Positions 49,310 through 63,131 of a stretch of DNA of 64,000 bases are shown piece by piece. Under the pieces are notes generated by a model. It was not told the origin of the DNA, did not search any database, and worked only from the letters and a program-made list of their open reading frames with translations. The stretch is from Macrostomum lignano (Eukaryota). The position numbers and the translations under genes are program-made. Where the stretch lies: NCBI GenBank assembly GCA_002269645.1, contig NIVC01000575.1:186001-250000 (forward strand). Direction: 5' to 3'. Each line of letters opens with the position of its first letter. Position 1 is the stretch's first letter.

Positions 49310-51662
49310 AATTAGGGCACAGCTCCATTGCCACTGAGATGGGGGGCACAGCTCCCCTGACACTGAGATGGGGGGCACAGCTCCCCTGACACTGAGATGG
49401 GGGGGGGCACAGCTCCCCTGACACTGAGATGGGGGGCACAGCTCCCCTGACACTGAGATGGGGGGCACAGCTCCCCTGACACTGAGATGGGGGGCACAGC
49501 TCCCCTGACACTGAGATGGGGGGCACAGCTCCCCTGACACACTGAGATTGGGGGGCACAGCTCCCCTGACACTGAGATGGGGGGCACAGCTCCCCTGACA
49601 CACTGAGATTGGGGGGCACAGCTCCCCTGACACTGAGATGGGGGGGCACAGCTCCCTGACACACTGAGATGGAGGGCACAGCTCCCCTGACACTGAGATG
49701 GGGGGGGGCACAGCTCCCCTGACACTGAGATGAGGGGCACAGCTCCCCTGACACTGAGATGAGGGGCACAGCTCCCCTGACACACTGAGATGGGGGGCAC
49801 AGCTCCCCTGACACTGAGATGGGGGGCACAGCTTCACTGACACTGAGATGGGGGGCACAGCTTCACTGACACTGAGATGGGGGGCACAGTTTCCCTGACA
49901 CTGAGATGGGGGGCACAGCTTCACTGACACTGAGATGGGGGGGGGGGGCACAGCCCCCCTGACACTGAGATGGAAGGCACAGTTTCCCTGACACTGAGAT
50001 GGGGGGCACAGCTCCCCTGACACACTGAGATGGGGGGCACAGCTCCCCTGACACTGAGATGGGGGGCACAGCTCCCCTGACACTGAGATGGGGGGCACAG
50101 CTCCCCTGACACTGAGATGGGGGGCACAGCTCCCCTGACACACTGAGATGGGGGCACAGCTCCCCTGACACAGAGATGGGGGGGCACAGCTCTCCTGACA
50201 CTGAGATGGGGGCACAGCTTCACTGACACACTGAGATGGGGGGCACAGCTCCCCTGACACACTGAGATAGGGGGCACAGCTCACCTGACACTGAGATGGG
50301 GGGGCACAGCTCCCCTGACACACTGAGATAGGGGGGGGCACAGCTCACATGACACTGAGATGGGGGGGGCACAGTTTCCCTGACACTGAGATGGGGGGCA
50401 CAGCTCCCCTGACACACTGAGATGGGGGGGCACAGTTTCCCTGACACTGAGATGGGGGGCACAGCTCCCCTGACACTGAGATGGGGGGGGGGCACAGCTC
50501 CCCTGACACTGAGATGAGGGGCACAGCTCCCCTGACACTGAGATGAGGGGCACAGCTCCCCTGACACACTGAGATGGGGGGCACAGCTCCCCTGACACTG
50601 AGATGGGGGGCACAGCTTCACTGACACTGAGATGGGGGGCACAGCTTCACTGACACTGAGATGGGGGGCACAGTTTCCCTGACACTGAGATGGGGGGCAC
50701 AGCTTCACTGACACTGAGATGGGGGGGGCACAGCCCCCCTGACACTGAGATGGAAGGCACAGTTTCCCTGACACTGAGATGGGGGGCACAGCTCCCCTGA
50801 CACACTGAGATGGGGGGCACAGCTCCCCTGACACTGAGATGGGGGGCACAGCTCCCCTGACACTGAGATTGGGGGGCACAGCTCCCCTGACACTGAGATG
50901 GGGGGCACAGCTCCCCTGACACACTGAGATGGGGGGCACAGCTCCCCTGACACAGAGATGGGGGGGGCACAGCTCTCCTGACACTGAGATGGGGGGCACA
51001 GCTTCACTGACACACTGAGATGGGGGGCACAGCTCCCCTGACACACTGAGATAGGGGGCACAGCTCACCTGACACTGAGATGGGGGGGGGCACAGCTCCC
51101 CTGACACACTGAGATAGGGGGGGGGCACAGCTCACATGACACTGAGATGGGGGGGGCACAGTTTCCCTGACACTGAGATGGGGGGCACAGCTCCCCTGAC
51201 ACACTGAGATGGGGGGGCACAGTTTCCCTGACACTGAGATGGGGGGCACAGCTCCCCTGACACTGAGATGGGGGGGGGGGGCACAGCTCCCCTGACACTG
51301 AGATTGGGGGGCACAGCTCCCCTGACACTGAGATGGGGGGCACAGTTCCCCTGACACTGAGATTGGGGGGCACAGCTCCCCTGACACTGAGATGGGGGGC
51401 ACAGCTCCCCTGACACTGAGATGGGGGGCACAGCTCCCCTGACACTGAGATTGGGGGGCACAGCTCCCCTGACACTGAGATGGGGGGCACAGTTCCCCTG
51501 ACACTGAGATGGGGGGCACAGCTCCCCTGACACTGAGATGGGGGGGGGGGCACAGCTCCCCTGACACTGAGATGGGGGGGGCACAGTTCCCCTGACACTG
51601 AGATGGGGGGCACAGTTCCCCTGACACTGAGATGGGGGGCACAGCTCCCCTGACACTGAGAT
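49310..51662. repeat. ~29-bp minisatellite (CACTGAGATGGGGGGCACAGCTCCCCTGA) with 784-bp higher-order duplication
   Basis: Direct observation; ORF-track offsets of 784 bp (49863/50647, 50220/51004, 50281/51065). Confidence 0.97.
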
Positions 51663-52194
51663 TATTTAGGCTTCTTAAGCATTAGAATTGTTTTAATAAA
51701 AAGTGAACAGGTCAGTCTGTTAGAAAAAAAGCAATAAAAAACGCACACAAAAGCTATACTTACAAAGCAATACACAACAACAAACGGGTTGCGACGACAA
51801 TAGCATCTACATGCAGCAAGACATGCGGGCGCAGTGCAACTGAAAGTATAGGTCATTTAATTAACGAGAATGCAAAGTAGTTACGGTGCCAAAACCATCA
51901 AAGCATACATATAAGCTGGCAGAGGTCACACGGGTTATGGTGCTCAGGTATAAACTAAATAAATAAATGTGTACTAAGCACAGCTACATTAACAACATCA
52001 AGTATTATGGACTATTAAGTCAGCTCACTATAGCAATGCGCAAACTCACCCCTCTTGACTGTTCAACCGATTCAGTCTGCGCTTTCTACCATAGTCCAGG
52101 CTCATTGTTTCTTGATTGGCTGAAATAGTGATAGCGGCATGATTCACTAAAGGTAAACATTTGTATCATAGTGCTGTAAGCATGCTAGCTGAAA

Positions 52195-55100
52195 TATATG
52201 ATACTGGGGGTGATACTGGGGGTGATTTTAGATATCATACAGGGTAATTTTAGGTATTTTACTGGGAGAGATTTAAGGTATGATACTGGGAGTGATTCTA
52301 GGTATGATACTGGGAGTGATTCTAGGTATGATACTGGGAGTGATTCTAGGTATGATACTGGGAGTGATTCTAGGTATGACACTGGGAGTGATTCTAGGTA
52401 TGATACTGGGAGTGATTTTAGGTATGATACTGGGAGTGATTCTAGGTATGATACTGGGAGTGATTCTAGGTATGATACTGGGAGTGATTTTAGGTATGAT
52501 ACTGGGAGTGATTCTAGGTATGATACTGGGAGTGATTCTAGGTATGATACTGGGAGTGATTCTAGGTATGACACTGGGAGTGATTCTAGGTATGATACTG
52601 GGAGTGATTTTAGGTATGATACTGGGAGTGATTCTAGGTATGATACTGGGAGTGATTCTAGGTATGACACTGGGAGTGATTCTAGGTATGATACTGGGAG
52701 TGATTTTAGGTATGATACTGGGAGTGATTCTAGGTATGATACTGGGAGTGATTATAGGTATGATACTGGGAGTGATTTTAGGTATTTTACTGGGAGAGAT
52801 TTAAGGTATGCTACTGGGGGTGATTTTAGGTATCATACAGGGTAATTTTAGGTATTTTACTGGGAGTGATTTAAGGTATGATACTGGGAGTGATTCTGGG
52901 TATGATACTGGGAGTGATTCTGGGTATGATACTGGGAGTGATTATAGGTATGATACTGGGAGTGATTTTAGGTATTTTACTGGGAGAGATTTAAGGTATG
53001 ATACTGGGGGTGATTATAGGTATGATACTGGGAGTGATTTTAGGTATTTTACTGGGAGAGATTTAAGGTATGCTACTGGGGGTGATTTTAGGTATCATAC
53101 AGGGTAATTTTAGGTATTTTACTGGGAGTGATTTAAGGTATGATACTGGGAGTGATTCTGGGTATGATACTGGGAGTGATTCTGGGTATGATACTGGGAG
53201 TGATTATAGGTATGATACTGGGGGTGATTTTAGATATCATACAGGGTAATTTTAGGTATTTTACTGGGAGAGATTTAAGGTATGATACTGGGAGTGATTC
53301 TAGGTATGACACTGGGAGTGATTCTAGGTATGACACTGGGAGTGATTCTAGGTATGACACTGGGAGTGATTCTAGGTATGATACTGGGAGTGATTTTAGG
53401 TATGACACTGGGAGTGATTCTAGGTATGACACTGGGAGTGATTCTAGGTATGACACTGGGAGTGATTCTAGGTATGACACTGGGAGTGATTTTAGGTATG
53501 ATACTGGGAGTGATTCTAGGTATGATACTGGGAGTGATTCTAGGTATGATACTGGGAGTGATTCTAGGTATGATACTGGGAGTGATTTTAGGTATGACAC
53601 TGGGAGTGATTCTAGGTATGACACTGGGAGTGATTCTAGGTATGATACTGGGAGTGATTTTAGGTATGATACTGGGAGTGATTCTAGGTATGATACTGGG
53701 AGTGATTATAGGTATGATACTGGGAGTGATTTTAGGTATTTTACTGGGAGAGATTTAAGGTATGCTACTGGGGGTGATTTTAGGTATCATACAGGGTAAT
53801 TTTAGGTATTTTACTGGGAGTGATTTAAGGTATGATACTGGGAGTGATTCTGGGTATGATACTGGGAGTGATTCTGGGTATGATACTGGGAGTGATTATA
53901 GGTATGATACTGGGAGTGATTCTGGGTATGATACTGGGAGTGATTCTAGGTATGATACTGGGAGTGATTTTAGGTATGATACTGGGAGTGATTCTGGGTA
54001 TGATACTGGGAGTGATTTTAGGTATGCTACTGGAGGTGATTTTAGGTATCATACAGGGTGATTTTAGGTATGATACTGGCCGTGATTTAAGGTATGATAC
54101 TGGGAGTGATTCTAGGTATGATACTGGGAGTGATTCTAGGTATGATACTGGGAGTGATTCTAGGTATGATACTGGGAGTGATTCTAGGTATGATACTGGG
54201 AGTGATTCTAGGTATGACACTGGGAGTGATTCTAGGTATGATACTGGGAGTGATTTTAGGTATGATACTGGGAGTGATTCTAGGTATGATACTGGGAGTG
54301 ATTCTAGGTATGATACTGGGAGTGATTTTAGGTATGATACTGGGAGTGATTCTAGGTATGATACTGGGAGTGATTCTAGGTATGATACTGGGAGTGATTC
54401 TAGGTATGACACTGGGAGTGATTCTAGGTATGATACTGGGAGTGATTTTAGGTATGATACTGGGAGTGATTCTAGGTATGATACTGGGAGTGATTCTAGG
54501 TATGACACTGGGAGTGATTCTAGGTATGATACTGGGAGTGATTTTAGGTATGATACTGGGAATGATTCTAGGTATGATACTGGGAGTGATTATAGGTATG
54601 ATACTGGGAGTGATTTTAGGTATTTTACTGGGAGAGATTTAAGGTATGCTACTGGGGGTGATTTTAGGTATCATACAGGGTAATTTTAGGTATTTTACTG
54701 GGAGTGATTTAAGGTATGATACTGGGAGTGATTCTGGGTATGATACTGGGAGTGATTCTGGGTATGATACTGGGAGTGATTATAGGTATGATACTGGGAG
54801 TGATTTTAGGTATTTTACTGGGAGAGATTTAAGGTATGCTACTGGGGTGATTTTAGGTATCATACAGGGTAATTTTAGGTATTTTACTGGGAGTGATTCT
54901 AGGTATGATACTGGGAGTGATTCTGGGTATGATACTGGGAGTGATTCTGGGTATGATACTGGGAGTGATTTTAGGTATGCTACTGGAGGTGATTTTAGGT
55001 ATCATACAGGGTGATTTTAGGTATGATACTGGCCGTGATTTAAGGTATGATACTGGGAGTGATTCTAGGTATGATACTGGGAGTGATTCTAGGTATGATA

Positions 55101-58100
55101 CTGGGAGTGATTCTAGGTATGACACTGGGAGTGATTCTAGGTATGATACTGGGAGTGATTTTAGGTATGATACTGGGAGTGATTCTAGGTATGATACTGG
55201 GAGTGATTCTAGGTATGATACTGGGAGTGATTCTAGGTATGACACTGGGAGTGATTCTAGGTATGATACTGGGAGTGATTTTAGGTATGATACTGGGAGT
55301 GATTCTAGGTATGATACTGGGAGTGATTCTAGGTATGACACTGGGAGTGATTCTAGGTATGATACTGGGAGTGATTTTAGGTATGATACTGGGAGTGATT
55401 CTAGGTATGATACTGGGAGTGATTATAGGTATGATACTGGGAGTGATTTTAGGTATTTTACTGGGAGAGATTTAAGGTATGCTACTGGGGGTGATTTTAG
55501 GTATCATACAGGGTAATTTTAGGTATTTTACTGGGAGTGATTTAAGGTATGATACTGGGAGTGATTCTGGGTATGATACTGGGAGTGATTCTGGGTATGA
55601 TACTGGGAGTGATTTTAGGTATGCTACTGGAGGTGATTTTAGGTATCATACAGGGTGATTTTAGGTATGATACTGGCCGTGATTTAAGGTATGATACTGG
55701 GAGTGATTCTAGGTATGATACTGGGAGTGATTCTAGGTATGATACTGGGAGTGATTCTAGGTATGACACTGGGAGTGATTCTAGGTATGATACTGGGAGT
55801 GATTTTAGGTATGATACTGGGAGTGATTCTAGGTATGATACTGGGAGTGATTCTAGGTATGACACTGGGAGTGATTCTAGGTATGATACTGGGAGTGATT
55901 TTAGGTATGATACTGGGAGTGATTCTAGGTATGATACTGGGAGTGATTATAGGTATGATACTGGGAGTGATTCTAGGTATGATACTGGGAGTGATTATAG
56001 GTATGATACTGGGAGTGATTATAGGTATGATACTGGGAGTGATTCTAGGTATGATACTGGGAGTGATTATAGGTATGATACTGGGAGTGATTCTAGGTAT
56101 GATACTGGGAGTGATTCTAGGTATGATACTGGGAGTGATTCTAGGTATGATACTGGGAGTGATTATACCAACCAATTTAAGGTATGATACTGGGAGTGAT
56201 TCTGGGTATGACACTGGGAGTGATTCTAGGTATGATACTGGGAGTGATTCTAGGTATGATACTGGGAGTGATTCTAGGTATGATACTGGGAGTGATTCTA
56301 GGTATGATACTGGGAGTGATTCTAGGTATGATACTGGGAGTGATTATACCAACCAATTTAAGGTATGATACTGGGAGTGATTCTGGGTATGATACTGGGA
56401 GTGATTCTGGGTATGATACTGGGAGTGATTTTAGGTATGCTACTGGAGGTGATTTTAGGTATCATACAGGGTGATTTTAGGTATGATACTGGCCGTGATT
56501 TAAGGTATGATACTGGGAGTGATTCTAGGTATGATACTGGGAGTGATTCTAGGTATGATACTGGGAGTGATTCTAGGTATGATACTGGGAGTGATTCTAG
56601 GTATGATACTGGGAGTGATTCTAGGTATGACACTGGGAGTGATTCTAGGTATGATACTGGGAGTGATTTTAGGTATGATACTGGGAGTGATTCTAGGTAT
56701 GATACTGGGAGTGATTCTAGGTATGATACTGGGAGTGATTTTAGGTATGATACTGGGAGTGATTCTAGGTATGATACTGGGAGTGATTCTAGGTATGATA
56801 CTGGGAGTGATTCTAGGTATGACACTGGGAGTGATTCTAGGTATGATACTGGGAGTGATTTTAGGTATGATACTGGGAGTGATTCTAGGTATGATACTGG
56901 GAGTGATTCTAGGTATGACACTGGGAGTGATTCTAGGTATGATACTGGGAGTGATTTTAGGTATGATACTGGGAATGATTCTAGGTATGATACTGGGAGT
57001 GATTATAGGTATGATACTGGGAGTGATTTTAGGTATTTTACTGGGAGAGATTTAAGGTATGCTACTGGGGGTGATTTTAGGTATCATACAGGGTAATTTT
57101 AGGTATTTTACTGGGAGTGATTTAAGGTATGATACTGGGAGTGATTCTGGGTATGATACTGGGAGTGATTCTGGGTATGATACTGGGAGTGATTATAGGT
57201 ATGATACTGGGAGTGATTTTAGGTATTTTACTGGGAGAGATTTAAGGTATGCTACTGGGGGTGATTTTAGGTATCATACAGGGTAATTTTAGGTATTTTA
57301 CTGGGAGTGATTCTAGGTATGATACTGGGAGTGATTCTGGGTATGATACTGGGAGTGATTCTGGGTATGATACTGGGAGTGATTTTAGGTATGCTACTGG
57401 AGGTGATTTTAGGTATCATACAGGGTGATTTTAGGTATGATACTGGCCGTGATTTAAGGTATGATACTGGGAGTGATTCTAGGTATGATACTGGGAGTGA
57501 TTCTAGGTATGATACTGGGAGTGATTCTAGGTATGATACTGGGAGTGATTCTAGGTATGACACTGGGAGTGATTCTAGGTATGATACTGGGAGTGATTTT
57601 AGGTATGATACTGGGAGTGATTCTAGGTATGATACTGGGAGTGATTCTAGGTATGACACTGGGAGTGATTCTAGGTATGATACTGGGAGTGATTTTAGGT
57701 ATGATACTGGGAGTGATTCTAGGTATGATACTGGGAGTGATTATAGGTATGATACTGGGAGTGATTTTAGGTATTTTACTGGGAGAGATTTAAGGTATGC
57801 TACTGGGGTGATTTTAGGTATCATACAGGGTAATTTTAGGTATTTTACTGGGAGTGATTTAAGGTATGATACTGGGAGTGATTCTGGGTATGATACTGGG
57901 AGTGATTCTGGGTATGATACTGGGAGTGATTTTAGGTATGCTACTGGAGGTGATTTTAGGTATCATACAGGGTGATTTTAGGTATGATACTGGCCGTGAT
58001 TTAAGGTATGATACTGGGAGTGATTCTAGGTATGATACTGGGAGTGATTCTAGGTATGATACTGGGAGTGATTCTAGGTATGACACTGGGAGTGATTCTA

Positions 58101-60752
58101 GGTATGATACTGGGAGTGATTTTAGGTATGATACTGGGAGTGATTCTAGGTATGATACTGGGAGTGATTCTAGGTATGACACTGGGAGTGATTCTAGGTA
58201 TGATACTGGGAGTGATTTTAGGTATGATACTGGGAGTGATTCTAGGTATGATACTGGGAGTGATTATAGGTATGATACTGGGAGTGATTCTAGGTATGAT
58301 ACTGGGAGTGATTATAGGTATGATACTGGGAGTGATTATAGGTATGATACTGGGAGTGATTCTAGGTATGATACTGGGAGTGATTATAGGTATGATACTG
58401 GGAGTGATTCTAGGTATGATACTGGGAGTGATTCTAGGTATGATACTGGGAGTGATTCTAGGTATGATACTGGGAGTGATTATACCAACCAATTTAAGGT
58501 ATGATACTGGGAGTGATTCTGGGTATGACACTGGGAGTGATTCTAGGTATGATACTGGGAGTGATTCTAGGTATGATACTGGGAGTGATTCTAGGTATGA
58601 TACTGGGAGTGATTCTAGGTATGATACTGGGAGTGATTCTAGGTATGATACTGGGAGTGATTATACCAACCAATTTAAGGTATGATACTGGGAGTGATTC
58701 TGGGTATGATACTGGGAGTGATTCTGGGTATGATACTGGGAGTGATTTTAGGTATGCTACTGGAGGTGATTTTAGGTATCATACAGGGTGATTTTAGGTA
58801 TGATACTGGCCGTGATTTAAGGTATGATACTGGGAGTGATTCTAGGTATGATACTGGGAGTGATTATAGATATGACACTGGGAGTGATTCTAGGTATGAT
58901 ACTGGGAGTGATTCTAGGTATGATACTGGAGGTGATTTTAGGTATGATACTGGGAGTGATTCTAGGTATGATACTGGGAGTGATTATAGGTATGACACTG
59001 GGAGTGATTCTAGGTATGATACTGGGAGTGATTCTAGGTATGATACTGGGAGTGATTTTAGGTATGATACTGGGAGTGATTCTAGGTATGATACTGGGAG
59101 TGATTCTAGGTATGACACTGGGAGTGATTTTAGGTATGATACTGGGAGTGATTCTAGGTATGATACTGGGAGTGATTCTAGGTATGACACTGGGAGTGAT
59201 TCTAGGTATGATACTGGGAGTGATTATAGGTATGACACTGGGAGTGATTCTAGGTATGATACTGGGAGTGATTCTAGGTATGATACTGGGAGTGATTTTA
59301 GGTATGATACTGGGAGTGATTCTAGGTATGATACTGGGAGTGATTCTAGGTATGACACTGGGAGTGATTTTAGGTATGATACTGGGAGTGATTCTAGGTA
59401 TGATACTGGGAGTGATTCTAGGTATGACACTGGGAGTGATTCTAGGTATGATACTGGGAGTGATTATAGGTATGACACTGGGAGTGATTCTAGGTATGAT
59501 ACTGGGAGTGATTCTAGGTATGATACTGGGAGTGATTTTAGGTATGATACTGGGAGTGATTCTAGGTATGATACTGGGAGTGATTCTAGGTATGACACTG
59601 GGAGTGATTTTAGGTATGATACTGGGAGTGATTCTAGGTATGATACTGGGAGTGATTCTAGGTATGATACTGGGAGTGATTCTAGGTATGATACTGGGAG
59701 TGATTCTAGGTATGATACTGGGAGTGATTATAGGTATGACACTGGGAGTGATTCTAGGTATGATACTGGGAGTGATTCTATGTATGATACTGGGAGTGAT
59801 TTTAGGTATGATACTGGGAGTGATTCTAGGTATGATACTGGGAGTGATTCTAGGTATGACACTGGGAGTGATTTTAGGTATGATACTGGGAGTGATTCTA
59901 GGTATGATACTGGGAGTGATTCTAGGTATGACACTGGGAGTGATTCTAGGTATGATACTGGGAGTGATTATAGGTATGACACTGGGAGTGATTCTAGGTA
60001 TGATACTGGGAGTGATTCTAGGTATGATACTGGGAGTGATTTTAGGTATGATACTGGGAGTGATTCTAGGTATGATACTGGGAGTGATTCTAGGTATGAT
60101 ACTGGGAGTGATTCTAGGTATGATACTGGGAGTGATTATAGGTATGACACTGGGAGTGATTCTAGGTATGATACTGGGAGTGATTCTAGGTATGATACTG
60201 GGAGTGATTTTAGGTATGATACTGGGAGTGATTCTAGGTATGATACTGGGAGTGATTCTAGGTATGACACTGGGAGTGATTTTAGGTATGATACTGGGAG
60301 TGATTCTAGGTATGATACTGGGAGTGATTCTAGGTATGATACTGGGAGTGATTTTAGGTATGATACTGGGAGTGATTCTAGGTATGATACTGGGAGTGAT
60401 TCTAGGTATGATACTGGGAGTGATTTTAGGTATGATACTGGGAGTGATTCTAGGTATGATACTGGGAGTGATTCTAGGTATGACACTGGGAGTGATTTTA
60501 GGTATGATACTGGGAGTGATTCTAGGTATGATACTGGGAGTGATTCTAGGTATGATACTGGGAGTGATTTTAGGTATGATACTGGGAGTGATTCTAGGTA
60601 TGATACTGGGAGTGATTCTAGGTATGACACTGGGAGTGATTTTAGGTATGATACTGGGAGTGATTCTAGGTATGATACTGGGAGTGATTCTAGGTATGAT
60701 ACTGGGAGTGATTTTAGGTATGATACTGGGAGTGATTCTAGGTATGATACTG
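52195..60752. repeat. 8.5-kb satellite of a 24-bp unit (GGTATGATACTGGGAGTGATTCTA), ~350 units, with higher-order structure
   Basis: Direct observation; 8-aa period in the ORF track. Confidence 0.98.
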
Positions 60753-61136
60753 TATGCTACGAGTTAGGATAGACTAAGCATTTCTATTTTCTTGCCTAGT
60801 GCTTGCACATTCTGGGTCTAATATAGGCACTAATTTGTAAATACAAAACAATAAACAGACACTATAGCAAGGTATTGCTGTTTGGATAAGAAATAACTTT
60901 AATTCATAATAACAATAATTAACAATTTACTAAAGACAAATCAAACAGACGCACACTGGGCCAGAGCTACAGTAATCAATGGCATGAAATTAATCGAACC
61001 CGAATTTCAATATTATTTTAAGATGGAATTAAGATAATGAAAATGTTTGAACTTGAAAAAATACGCAGATTAAGAAATGACGTCAACAATAATAGATTTA
61101 AGTCGAGTCGCACACTGGTTAGTAGTCAGCAGCCGG

Positions 61137-63131
61137 TCAGTTGAGCAGTTTGGTCATCTCGGGCACGGCTTTGAACAGGTCGGCAACCAAGCCGTAGTCG
61201 GCCACCTGAAATATTGGCGCCTCGGGGTCTTTGTTAATAGCGACAATCACTTTGCTGTCCTTCATGCCGGCCAGGTGCTGGATCGCGCCCGAGATGCCAA
61301 CTGCGATGTACAGGTCCGGGGCGACGATCTTGCCGGTCTGGCCAATCTGCATGTCGTTCGGCACGAAGCCGGCGTCCACAGCGGCCCGGCTAGCGCCAAC
61401 GGCGGCGTTCATCTTGCCGGCGAGCTCGTAAAGCAGCTGGAAGTTGTCGCCGGACTTCAGGCCACGGCCGCCGGACACAACCACCTTGGCGCTGGACAGC
61501 TCGGGTCGGTCGCTCTTGCTCAGCTCCTGAGGGTGGGGAGGGAGAGAGCTCTCGGGTGATGGGTTGTCAGGTGTAAAATACTTATTTATAAATACAGCCT
61601 TAATGCGGTTGTCCAACAATTGAATGCAGCCTTAAAAGTGCTTTTTTAAGATGAAGCATATAAAAAAGCACAGAGAAAAACTATGGCTTCAAAGTAAAAT
61701 GAATTTCTAGTGCTTTAATAACGCTGTGTGCTGTGAGTTGGGTCAGTCAGTCAGTCAGTCAGTCAGTCAGTCAGTCAGTCAGTCAGTCAGTCAGTCAGTC
61801 AGTCAGTCAGTCAATCACCCACTCACTCAAGTCAGTCAGTCAGTCAGTCAGTCAGTCAGTCAGTCAGTCAATCACCCACTCACTCAAGTCAGTCAGTCAG
61901 TCAGTCAATCACCCACTCACTCAAGTCAGTCAGTCAGTCAGTCAGTCAGTCAGTCAGTCAGTCAGTCAGTCAGTCAGTCAGTCAGTCAGTCAGTCAGTCA
62001 GTCAGTCAGTCAGTCAGTCAGTCAGTCAGTCAGTCAGTCAGTCAGTCAGTCAGTCAGTCAGTCAGTCAGTCAGTCAGTCAGTCAGTCAGTCAGTCAGTCA
62101 GTCAGTCAGTCAGTCAGTCAGTCAGTCAGTCAGTCAGTCAGTCAGTCAGTCAGTCAGTCAGTCAGTCAGTCAGTCAGTCAGTCAGTCAGTCAGTCAGTCA
62201 GTCAGTCAGTCAGTCAGTCAGTCAGTCAGTCAGTCAGTCAGTCAGTCAGTCAGTCAGTCAGTCAGTCAGTCAGTCAGTCAGTCAGTCAGTCAGTCAGTCA
62301 GTCAGTCAGTCAGTCAGTCAGTCAGTCAGTCAGCTGTAACTTACCTGTCCAATAAACTTGCTGACGGAGTTGGTCACCCCGTCGGCACCGGGCGCGGCCT
62401 CCTCGCCGGCCGAGCCGCCAGTTTCTGCGGCAGCTTCAAAGGCGGTGCCCCGAACGGTGATGCACTTGACCTTGTCGAGCGACTTGACGGTCTGCAGAGC
62501 GTTGCCAGCGTACACAGGCCGGACAAAGGTGTCCTCAGATTTGACGTCGATAACGTCGGAGACGGCGGCGACGTCCAATTTAGCGGCGACGCGCGGCAGC
62601 AGCGACTTGCCGAGCGCGGTGGCCGAGCTGACAATGTGGCTGAACTGCAGCTTGGACTGGCAGGCCACGATGAGGGGGGCGAGGGCTTCGGGCAGGAAAC
62701 CTTTGAATGCATCGGAGTCGGCCAGCAGGACGCGTTTGACTCCGGCGACCTGCCGTGGGGGAGGAGGAGGCATTTTCCACAACTGTGAGAAATTTTCAGG
62801 GATATGAGAAAATCTGGGAGGAGGAGGGGAAAGTACGTTTCTTAGAAAGATATGTTATTCTCCTCAGGCTGGCTCCACGCGAAAAATACTTTTGAACTTC
62901 AGAAAGGTATATTATAATAATTAGTGTAGAATGATAGAATTGTAGAATTCTTACCTGAGCAGCAGCCTTAGCCACAGGTGAGCATCCGTGCCCAGCAACA
63001 AGACAGGTGACGTCGCCTCCACTGCCAGAGAGCTTGGCCGCGGCAGTAACCGCATGCAGAGTGGCTGGGTTCAGTTTGGCATTGTCATGCTCAACTATCA
63101 CCAGACTGCTGGCTAAGCGACTCCTTCCAGA
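61137..63131 (-). CDS. ETFA: Electron transfer flavoprotein subunit alpha, mitochondrial (first exon not identified)
   Basis: Phase-0 exons 63131-62955 ([24 protein letters not shown]), 62749-62345 ([30 protein letters not shown]), 61526-61137 ([63 protein letters not shown]). Confidence 0.96.
61742..62333. repeat. (CAGT)n microsatellite in the last ETFA intron
   Basis: Direct observation; three CAATCACCCACTCACTCAAGT interruptions near the left end. Confidence 0.98.

Noticed and set aside
52185-60772. Long ORFs such as 696 aa (YDTGSDSR)n and 647 aa (MILGVILG)n, suggestive of an adhesin, ice-nucleation or structural protein
   Set aside because: Both strands and several frames are open because the 24-bp unit lacks stops; variation is not codon-position biased and there is no non-repeat domain or splice linkage.
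49125-61137. ETFA-hexokinase operon (same strand, metabolic genes)
   Set aside because: They are 12 kb apart with two large satellites between; no sequence evidence for co-transcription.
61137-63131. Bacterial etfA/fixB from contamination or horizontal transfer
   Set aside because: Has spliceosomal introns and an N-terminal extension consistent with a mitochondrial presequence.
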